From NCBI GenBank assembly GCA_030141605.1, contig JAQGDQ010002392.1:65946-129945 (forward strand): DNA of 64,000 nucleotides, written 5' to 3'. The translations under genes were made by a program, and so were the position numbers. Source of the DNA: Tubiluchus corallicola. Taxonomy: Eukaryota > Animalia > Priapulida. A model generated the notes under the pieces. That model was not told the DNA's origin and did not search any database. It saw only the letters and a list, made by a program, of their open reading frames with translations. Positions 32,831 through 40,057 of the stretch are shown here, piece by piece (within the stretch, counting starts at the first letter, position 1; each line of letters starts with the position of its first letter).

Positions 32831-34477
32831 ATGACTTTAAACTATTCGAGATTAGAAGAGGAATTTCTAAATCTATACCAAACAGGCAAATACCAAGAAG
32901 CCATAGACCTATTAACCCAATGGATAAAACAAGAAGAGAAAAAAGAACAACCTAACACCGAACACCTTGCAAAGGCTTACTACAACCGAGGAGTTATTTA
33001 CGACAAACAAAAGAAAAATAAAGAAGCCTCACAAGGCTTCAACAAAGCTATAGAACTTAACCCTAACTTCGCAGAGGCTTACTACAACCGAGGAGTTATA
33101 TATGCCATACAAAACAAAAATAAAGAAGCCTTACAAGACTACAACAAAGCTATAGAACTTAACACTAACTACGCAAAGGCTTACAACAACCGAGGAACTA
33201 TATATGCCATACAAAACAAGAACAAAGAAGCCTTACAAGACTTCAACAAAGCTATAGAACTTAACCCTAACTACGCAGACGCTTACTACAACCGAGGAGT
33301 TATATATGCCAGACAAAACAAAAATAAAGAAGCCATACAAGACTATACCCAAGCCATAAAAATTAACCCTAACTACGCAGAGGCTTACTATAGCCGAGGG
33401 GTTACATATGACAAACAAAACAAAAATAAAGAAGCCTTACAAGACTACAACAAAGCTATAGAACTTAACCCTAACGACGCAGAGGCTTACTACAACCGAG
33501 GAAATATATATGCCAGACAAGACCAAAATAAAGAAGCCTTACAAAACTACAAAAAAGCTATAGAAATTAACCCTAACTACGCAGAGGCTTACTACAGCCG
33601 AGGAGTTATTTACGACAAACAAAAGAAAAATGAACTAGCCTTACAAGACTTCAACAAAGCTATAGAACTTAACACTAACCACGCAAAAGCTTACTACAAC
33701 CGAGGATATACATATGCAGATTTAGGCAAGGAAGAGAAAGACCAGAAAAAAGTCAAAGAATACTACAAGAAAGCCTCACAAGACTACAAAAAGGCCATAA
33801 AATTAGGGGTAAGCCAACAGCAAAAAGCTCCCCCTGATGTGCTATACAAGTATTGCCCTATCAATCGCAATAGCTTAAAAAACTTAGCAGCAAAAACCAT
33901 TTATATGGCAGACCCAAAAGGATTTAACGACCCCTTAGACTGTCCTATGCTTAAAGAAGCTGAAATAAGAAAGAATAAAGCATTCTACTCCGCATTGAAA
34001 GAGATAAGAGTATTTTCTTTGTCCGAAAGCAAAAGCAGTATACTAATGTGGAGTCATTATGCACATTCGCACACAGGTATGTGCATAGGCTATAAGCTAA
34101 AAAGTTTTCTAAAAAGAAAAAATATAGGTATAAACAAAGTAGAATATAAATCGGAATTAAAATACGACTATTCCTCTTTTGAGAAACTTTTACACAGCGG
34201 TTTCTTTACCAAATTTGAAGAATGGAGCTATGAGGAAGAATGGAGGCTATTAGCCCTTGCCCAATACTTAGAAGAAGAGCATTTCTTATCTTATGACCCC
34301 AAACCTGAACATATAGAAAGCATTACTTTTGGAATGAGAACCACAAAAAAAGACATACTAATAGTGTATAACCAATTAAGAAATTACTCAAACGTAAAAT
34401 ACTACAAAGCCAAAACCTCCGAAGACAACATCTATAACCTAAATATAGAGAAAATAGAACCAGAAACTACTAGCTAA
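32831..34477 (+). CDS. TPR-repeat protein with C-terminal DUF2971-like domain
   Basis: Eight or more 34-aa TPRs (AYYNRG...A..D.NKAIELNP). C-terminal LYKY, FNDPLD, SLSE, LMWSHYA..H.G.CIGY, KFEEWSYEEEWR, ITFG. ATG at 32831 preferred over the track's TTG at 32777. Confidence 0.85.
   Translation: MTLNYSRLEEEFLNLYQTGKYQEAIDLLTQWIKQEEKKEQPNTEHLAKAYYNRGVIYDKQKKNKEASQGFNKAIELNPNFAEAYYNRGVIYAIQNKNKEALQDYNKAIELNTNYAKAYNNRGTIYAIQNKNKEALQDFNKAIELNPNYADAYYNRGVIYARQNKNKEAIQDYTQAIKINPNYAEAYYSRGVTYDKQNKNKEALQDYNKAIELNPNDAEAYYNRGNIYARQDQNKEALQNYKKAIEINPNYAEAYYSRGVIYDKQKKNELALQDFNKAIELNTNHAKAYYNRGYTYADLGKEEKDQKKVKEYYKKASQDYKKAIKLGVSQQQKAPPDVLYKYCPINRNSLKNLAAKTIYMADPKGFNDPLDCPMLKEAEIRKNKAFYSALKEIRVFSLSESKSSILMWSHYAHSHTGMCIGYKLKSFLKRKNIGINKVEYKSELKYDYSSFEKLLHSGFFTKFEEWSYEEEWRLLALAQYLEEEHFLSYDPKPEHIESITFGMRTTKKDILIVYNQLRNYSNVKYYKAKTSEDNIYNLNIEKIEPETTS
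32969..33682 (+). repeat. Seven tandem 102-bp near-identical repeats encoding TPRs, plus a diverged eighth unit from 33683
   Basis: Units start at 32969, 33071 ... 33581 (spacing 102) with a gca(a/g)a(g/c)gcttac-type start. Confidence 0.95.
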
Positions 34478-34696
34478 ACAACGAAAAAAAGACATCTGCT
34501 ATTTTTTTAGTAGGCAAAAATAAATTGGGAGAAAGGAATAGGAAAGAATAAGGTTTTTGTTTCATCTAACTTTATATTTTAAAAAAATCATTAATTAAAT
34601 TTGGAATACACCATTTCTAATACTACCTTTAAGTACATAGGTTAGAGACTTATAATATAAAATTAAGTCTTTTTTATAAACTAAAATTTAGTTATT

Positions 34697-36319
34697 ATGA
34701 AAAATTTAGTTCTGTTTTTTAAAAATGTAAGCATATCTGTAATTCTGGCTGCTATGCTATTTGCTGCTTGTTCTAAGGACATAGAACAACCCGAGCAAGA
34801 AAATATAAACACAGAATTGAAAAGCAATGTTTTTTTCTCTGTGCCAGATGCTAACTTTAGAGCTGAGCTCAAAAAGATAGTTCCCAATGCTTTTACATCC
34901 GACGGTAACCTAATAACTAACCATAAAGAGTTATTAACTATTCAAAAGATGACTGTAGGTTCTCGTAATATTTCTTCTTTGGCGGGTATTGAGTTTTTTA
35001 CAGCCTTAGAAGAACTAAGGTGCGATAGGAATCAACTCACGAGTTTGGATGTGAGTAAGAATACAGCCTTAGAGGAGCTAGATTGTCATAGCAATAGGCT
35101 CACGAGTTTATATCTGAGTAAAAATACAGCTTTGGAGGATTTGTCTTGCCATGAAAATAATCTCACGAGTTTGGATGTGAGTAAGAATACGGCTTTAGAG
35201 AGATTGTATGTAGATCCAGCTATAAAATGTGAACCTTCTATTGTAGTTATCAATCCTACTTATAGTTACTATTGGGATGGAAGTAAGTTTACTCGCTATT
35301 ACCCTGCTAATGACTGCAATTTTTTCTGGGTACCAGATGGCAATTTTAGGGCAGAGCTCAAAAAGATAGTCCCCAATGCCTTCACCCCCAACGATATCCT
35401 GATAACAGACCACGCAGAGGTGTTGGCTCTTACTTCTATAAATGTATTATACCGTAAGAACATTTCTTCTTTGAAGGGCGTGGAGTTCTTTACGGCTTTA
35501 GAGAAATTGTATTGCGGTTACAACAAGCTCACAAGTTTGGATGTGAGTAAGAACACGGCTTTAAAGAAGTTGAATTGCAGCGGCAACCAACTCACAAGTT
35601 TGGATGTAAGTAAGAATAAGGCTTTAAGGGATTTGAGTTGCAATAACAACAATCTCACGAGTTTGGATGTAAGTAAGAATAAGGCTTTAAGGGATTTGAG
35701 TTGCACTAGCAACAATCTCACGAGTTTGGATGTAAGTAAGAATAAGGCTTTAAGGGATTTGACTTGCACTAGCAACAATCTCACGAGTTTGAATGTGGGT
35801 AATAATACGGCTTTAAAGAATTTGTATTGCTATAGCAACAAGCTCAGGAGTTTGGATGTGAGTGGGGCTACGGATTTAAGGTGGTTGAATTGCAGCGGCA
35901 ACCAACTCACAAGTTTGGATGTGAGTGGGGCTACGGCTTTATGGGTGTTGTATTGCTATAACAACAACCTCAGGAGCTTGGATGTGAGTAAGAATACGGC
36001 TTTAGAGTGGTTGTATTGCTATAGGAACCAACTCAGGAGTTTGGATGTAAGTAAGAATACGGCTTTACAATATTTCTATTGCGATTACAACAATCTCACA
36101 AGTTTGGATCTGAATAAGAATACGGCCTTAGAGGCGTTGCGGTGCTATGAGAACAACCTCCCGAGCTTGGATGTGAGTAAGAATAAGGTTTTAACTAGGT
36201 TGTGGGTAGATCAAGCTATAAAATGTGAGCCTTCTATTCAGAGAATAAATCCATATAATTGTGAGTATTGGACTGGCAGTCATTCTATTCCCTATTCCCC
36301 AGCTAGGGACTGCCCTTAG
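34697..36319 (+). CDS. Leucine-rich-repeat lipoprotein with two tandem capped LRR modules (internalin-J-like, 21-aa Cys-containing repeats)
   Basis: Lipobox LFAAC; N-cap VPDxNFRAELKKIVPNAFT twice; repeats SKNTALxxLxCxxNxLTSLDV; C-cap AIKCEPSI..INP...YW.GS....Y.PA.DC twice. Confidence 0.9.
   Translation: MKNLVLFFKNVSISVILAAMLFAACSKDIEQPEQENINTELKSNVFFSVPDANFRAELKKIVPNAFTSDGNLITNHKELLTIQKMTVGSRNISSLAGIEFFTALEELRCDRNQLTSLDVSKNTALEELDCHSNRLTSLYLSKNTALEDLSCHENNLTSLDVSKNTALERLYVDPAIKCEPSIVVINPTYSYYWDGSKFTRYYPANDCNFFWVPDGNFRAELKKIVPNAFTPNDILITDHAEVLALTSINVLYRKNISSLKGVEFFTALEKLYCGYNKLTSLDVSKNTALKKLNCSGNQLTSLDVSKNKALRDLSCNNNNLTSLDVSKNKALRDLSCTSNNLTSLDVSKNKALRDLTCTSNNLTSLNVGNNTALKNLYCYSNKLRSLDVSGATDLRWLNCSGNQLTSLDVSGATALWVLYCYNNNLRSLDVSKNTALEWLYCYRNQLRSLDVSKNTALQYFYCDYNNLTSLDLNKNTALEALRCYENNLPSLDVSKNKVLTRLWVDQAIKCEPSIQRINPYNCEYWTGSHSIPYSPARDCP
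35480..36210 (+). repeat. Tandem 63-bp repeats of LRR module 2 (about 12 units)
   Basis: Recurrent ctcac(a/g)agtttggatgt(a/g)agtaagaat every 63 nt; three neighbouring units are almost identical. Confidence 0.93.
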
Positions 36320-36345
36320 TAAGATAAAAGAGTTGCGTTGTGTGG

Positions 36346-36656
36346 TAGGGCTTTTTTTAGTTTTTCAATATCAGTGATTGCTAATTCTGCAAAGCAGAAC
36401 ACAAGTACCCTTACAGGCTTTTGGTAGAAAAACTGCGAAAGGCGAAACGATTATATCTTCTCACTATTTGAGCCTTTTGCAAAAAGGCGAGTTTTGAGAA
36501 GATAGCGAAGCTGATAGCATAGTTTTTTCATTCTTTACGCTCTTTTGTCTTGATACAACCAAACGTAGCAAGCTCACAAGTACCATTGAAAAGAAAAAAG
36601 GCTTAGCACAACTGTATTTACAGCTGCGAAAAGCCTTGTATGCAAAAAAAGCCCTA
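36346..36656. mobile_element. MITE-like non-coding element (311 bp) with perfect 13-bp terminal inverted repeats
   Basis: TAGGGCTTTTTTT (36346-36358) and AAAAAAAGCCCTA (36644-36656). Nested inverted repeat AGGCTTTTGGTAG / CTGCGAAAAGCCT. Internal blocks are shared with 28.57-28.75 kb. Confidence 0.6.
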
Positions 36657-36698
36657 ATTATTTATCAATCAAACAATCAGAACTTACTTATAATCTTG

Positions 36699-36780
36699 TG
36701 CGGATGGAGGGACTCGAACCCACACGCCTTTCGGCACTAGATCCTAAGTCTAGCGCGGCTACCAATTACGCCACATCCGC
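36699..36780 (-). tRNA. tRNA-Leu (anticodon TAG)
   Basis: GCGGATGTGGCGTAATTGGTAGCCGCGCTAGACTTAGGATCTAGTGCCGAAAGGCGTGTGGGTTCGAGTCCCTCCATCCGCA; anticodon stem CTAGA/TCTAG, long variable arm, GTTCGA T-loop; CCA not encoded. Confidence 0.97.
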
Positions 36781-36791
36781 ATAATCTTTTG

Positions 36792-36799
36792 CAAAGGTA
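36792..36799 (-). promoter_or_regulatory. -7 promoter element (TACCTTTG) for tRNA-Leu
   Basis: CAAAGGTA on the + strand, about 11 nt upstream of the tRNA 5' end. Confidence 0.7.
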
Positions 36800-36838
36800 A
36801 AATTTTTCTATTAAAATTGAAAAATTTTATTGCTGTTT

Positions 36839-37564
36839 TTACTCATTAAGTTTAAAGTTTTGTCCAAGATATACTCGTCTTACATGTTCATCCTCCGAAA
36901 GTTCCTTGGCAGTACCTGATTTTAGTATCTTACCTTCATAAAGCAGGTAAGACCTATTAGTTATTTTCAAGGTTTCGTGAACATTATGGTCGGTAATAAG
37001 TATTCCTATATTTTTATCTTTCAGTTTATAGACTATTTTCTGAATATCTTCTATGGCAATGGGGTCTACTCCTGCAAATGGCTCGTCCAACAAGATAAAT
37101 TTAGGGTTGATGGCCAGAGACCTTGCAATTTCTGTTCTTCTTCTTTCACCTCCCGAGAGTTGGTCGCCATTATTATGTCTTATTTTGTTCAAACCAAACT
37201 CTTCTAACAACTCTTCTAATCGCTCCTCCTGATATTCTTTTGAGAACTTAGTCATCTCCAGCACAGCTTTAATATTGTCCTCTACTGATAGTTTCCTAAA
37301 TACTGAGGCTTCTTGTGCTAAGTAGCCCACTCCTTTTTGTGCTCTTTTATACATAGCATCTTTGGTAATTTCTTGGTCGTCCAAAAATATTTTACCCCCA
37401 TCTGGTTTTATTAAACCTACTATCATATAAAAAGATGTTGTTTTTCCTGCTCCATTAGGACCAAGTAGACCTACTATCTCGCCCTGCTCCACACTGATAG
37501 ATACATTATTAACTACTGTGCGAGCTTTGTATTTCTTCACTAAGTGTTTGGAATATAGCTTCAC
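36839..37564 (-). CDS. lptB: LPS export ABC transporter ATP-binding protein
   Basis: [49 protein letters not shown]; TACCTTTG motif at 37592-37599. Confidence 0.95.
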   Translation of the reverse strand: MKLYSKHLVKKYKARTVVNNVSISVEQGEIVGLLGPNGAGKTTSFYMIVGLIKPDGGKIFLDDQEITKDAMYKRAQKGVGYLAQEASVFRKLSVEDNIKAVLEMTKFSKEYQEERLEELLEEFGLNKIRHNNGDQLSGGERRRTEIARSLAINPKFILLDEPFAGVDPIAIEDIQKIVYKLKDKNIGILITDHNVHETLKITNRSYLLYEGKILKSGTAKELSEDEHVRRVYLGQNFKLNE

Positions 37565-37637
37565 CTTACTTGTTTAAAAAAAATAATAATGCAAAGGTAA
37601 TGTTATTTTTTAATAAAATTTATCTTGAAGGAACCCT

Positions 37638-38315
37638 TCAATTACCTTTCTTCTCATAAAATTTCTTAATCAACCCATCAGGGTTTTTCACCGTCTGTTG
37701 TATCCACCTTATTAGCGTAGCAATTTGTTCTTCCTCTGGCAACTGCCATTTGATATTGCTCTTACGTAATTTTTTCATCAAAGAATAAAATACAATAGCT
37801 GCGGATACTGATATATTAAAACTTTCAGAAAAACCATACATTGGTACCTTAACAAGCTGGTCGGCATTTTGCACAACCACATCAGACACGCCTGTCATTT
37901 CTGTGCCAAACACCAAAGCCAACTTAGCTTTCGAGAGGTCTAAGTCCTCCAAAGTGTTATCTGTATATGGCGTAGTGGCTATGATGCGGTAATTCTTTTC
38001 TTTTAAATAACTGATAGTTTCTAATGTATTATGCTCCTTCTGGTTGTAATAGTATAGATTCAACCATTTAGAAGAGCCAAGAGCTACATCAGGGTTAATA
38101 TTGTATTTGTTTTTGTTTTCAATAATATGCACGTCTTGTATTCCAAAACAATCGCACGAACGAAGCACGGCACTGGCATTGTGCGGTTGGTAAATATCCT
38201 CTAATACAGTGCAAATATAGGAAGTACGCTGTGTTATTATTTTCTGAAACCTGTTTAGTCTTTCAGGAGTAATAAATTTTTTCAAATAATTATATAGTTC
38301 AATATTGCTGTCCAT
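37638..38315 (-). CDS. trmH: TrmH/SpoU family tRNA (guanosine-2'-O)-methyltransferase
   Basis: HNASAVLRSCD, VFGTEMTG, ESFNISVS. Confidence 0.85.
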   Translation of the reverse strand: MDSNIELYNYLKKFITPERLNRFQKIITQRTSYICTVLEDIYQPHNASAVLRSCDCFGIQDVHIIENKNKYNINPDVALGSSKWLNLYYYNQKEHNTLETISYLKEKNYRIIATTPYTDNTLEDLDLSKAKLALVFGTEMTGVSDVVVQNADQLVKVPMYGFSESFNISVSAAIVFYSLMKKLRKSNIKWQLPEEEQIATLIRWIQQTVKNPDGLIKKFYEKKGN

Positions 38316-38401
38316 AACTACTGTTTTAAAAAAGCTCTAAATACAAGTTCTGTTTAAGCTCTACTGTTGTAAATAGTGCTTTTGGGGACTTGTCTTTTTG
38401 T

Positions 38402-39634
38402 TTAACCAGAATCTTTGTTTCTTATATATTTAAACACAGAACCCGAAGAATAAATAGAAGCCCCTACTCCAATAGCAAGCACTGTAACAAGAACAAGCAT
38501 AAGGTCTGAAAACCTAACTTCTACTGGCAGATAGTCTATTACAAATGCCCCTGCCCCTTTTATCGCTATAAGTCCGAAAGTATTTTGCAGCCAGCACACC
38601 GTTAAACCAAGTAGCGTTCCCAAAGTCAAACCCAATACAGATATAAGACAGCCTTCGGCTATAAATATATTTTTAATCTGCAATTTAGTAGCCCCAAGAT
38701 TATTTAATGTAACAATATCTCGCTCTTTACCTATAATAAGAATACTCATTGTTCCCACTATATTAAAGGAAGATATAATAAGTATAAACAGGAGTATAAC
38801 AAATGATACAAATTTCTCTGATTTCAAAGTTTTCCAGAATAAGTCGTGCTGCTGAAATCTATTTTTTATTGTATACCCCTCCCCTATTGTATTTTGCAAG
38901 TTTTTTTGCACCTCGTCTATGTTTGCATCTTTACTCATTTGTACTTCCAGTGCTGTTATTTCATTGGGTAGATAGCCAAAAAGTTTTTGGGCAAACGATA
39001 TTGGCGTTACAACATACTTACTATCATACTCCTGTTGTACAGAGAAAATACCAACAGGGTAAATCAATTCCGAACGAAAAGCTGCTTGAGGATTGGTAAC
39101 ATTTATTTTAGCATCGCGACGTGGAGCATATAAGTGAATGGGCTTGGTAATTCTCAGTCCCAACGATAGGTTCGCTGCTATGGTAAGCCCCACTACTGCA
39201 AAAGGGTTGCCCCTGCCATAAAGTTGAAAATTTCCATTCACCATCATCTTATCTATCTCCGTCATTTCTCGAAAAACAGTGTCTACTCCTTTTATTGTGC
39301 CTGCCACTTGTAAGTCGTTATACTTTATCAGCACATTTTCCTCTACTACCTTCGAGTAACGAGCTACTCCATCTAGCTGCTGTATATTCTGTAAAACAGT
39401 AGTATCAGGCTTAAATGTTTTTCCCTCAGTAATAGTTATCTTAAAATCAGGGTCAAATGTATTGAAAAGAGATGTAAGCGTAGTTTCTAAACCATTAAAA
39501 ACAGATAGCACCACAATAAAAGCAAAGGTGCTAATAGTAACACCCATTACAGATACACCAGAAATAATATTGACAAGGTTGAGTGATTTTTTAGAAAAAA
39601 AATATCTGAAAGCAATGTAGAGAGAAAATTTCAT
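38402..39634 (-). CDS. LolC/E (FtsX-like) ABC permease
   Basis: IAFRYFFSKK, LSVFNG; four-TM layout with a large periplasmic domain; downstream of rbfA as is usual in Bacteroidota. Confidence 0.85.
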   Translation of the reverse strand: MKFSLYIAFRYFFSKKSLNLVNIISGVSVMGVTISTFAFIVVLSVFNGLETTLTSLFNTFDPDFKITITEGKTFKPDTTVLQNIQQLDGVARYSKVVEENVLIKYNDLQVAGTIKGVDTVFREMTEIDKMMVNGNFQLYGRGNPFAVVGLTIAANLSLGLRITKPIHLYAPRRDAKINVTNPQAAFRSELIYPVGIFSVQQEYDSKYVVTPISFAQKLFGYLPNEITALEVQMSKDANIDEVQKNLQNTIGEGYTIKNRFQQHDLFWKTLKSEKFVSFVILLFILIISSFNIVGTMSILIIGKERDIVTLNNLGATKLQIKNIFIAEGCLISVLGLTLGTLLGLTVCWLQNTFGLIAIKGAGAFVIDYLPVEVRFSDLMLVLVTVLAIGVGASIYSSGSVFKYIRNKDSG

Positions 39635-39699
39635 CAGCCAAGTTTACTTTTAGAATAAATACATTGAAAAATAAAAAAGAAGCAAGACAAATACATTCC

Positions 39700-40044
39700 C
39701 TATTCCTTAGTCAACTGATCTATATTTTCCATATAATCAAGTGTGTCATCGAGATAAAATAATAATTCTGGTATCTTTTTCATCTGATTTCTTATTCTCA
39801 TCCCTAAATCATAGCGTATCTTTTTTGTATTTTTATTGATAGCCTGCAATAATTCTTGATTACCTTGCGAAGGAAAGATGCTTAAATACACTTTGGCAAT
39901 TTCCAAATCGGGTGTTACTCTTACAACAGTAACAGATATAAACTTCATTCCCTTTGAAACCATTTTTTTACTCTCTATTTGGAACAGATGAGCAAGTTCC
40001 TTTTGCAACAGTCGTGCTACTTTCAATTGTCTGGTGCTTTCCAT
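39700..40044 (-). CDS. rbfA: Ribosome-binding factor A
   Basis: MESTRQLKV, VTVVRVTPDLEIAKVYLS, PELLFYLDD. Confidence 0.96.
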   Translation of the reverse strand: MESTRQLKVARLLQKELAHLFQIESKKMVSKGMKFISVTVVRVTPDLEIAKVYLSIFPSQGNQELLQAINKNTKKIRYDLGMRIRNQMKKIPELLFYLDDTLDYMENIDQLTKE

Positions 40045-40057
40045 TTAATATCTTTCT

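Larger units (their letters stand above)
32438..36730. mobile_element. Putative decayed genomic islet at the 3' end of tRNA-Leu (no integrase left)
   Basis: Two accessory genes lie opposite to the tRNA-Leu/tig direction. A degenerate direct repeat of the tRNA 3' end is at 32438-32471 (23/34 aligned matches to 36699-36730). Confidence 0.5.

Noticed and set aside
32969-36210. 102-bp and 63-bp periodic repeats as CRISPR arrays
   Set aside because: Periods are multiples of 3 and lie within open frames encoding TPR/LRR. There are no unique spacers and no cas genes.
32831-36319. Diversity-generating retroelement acting on the TPR or LRR gene
   Set aside because: No reverse transcriptase and no non-coding template repeat in the window; differences between units are not confined to adenines.
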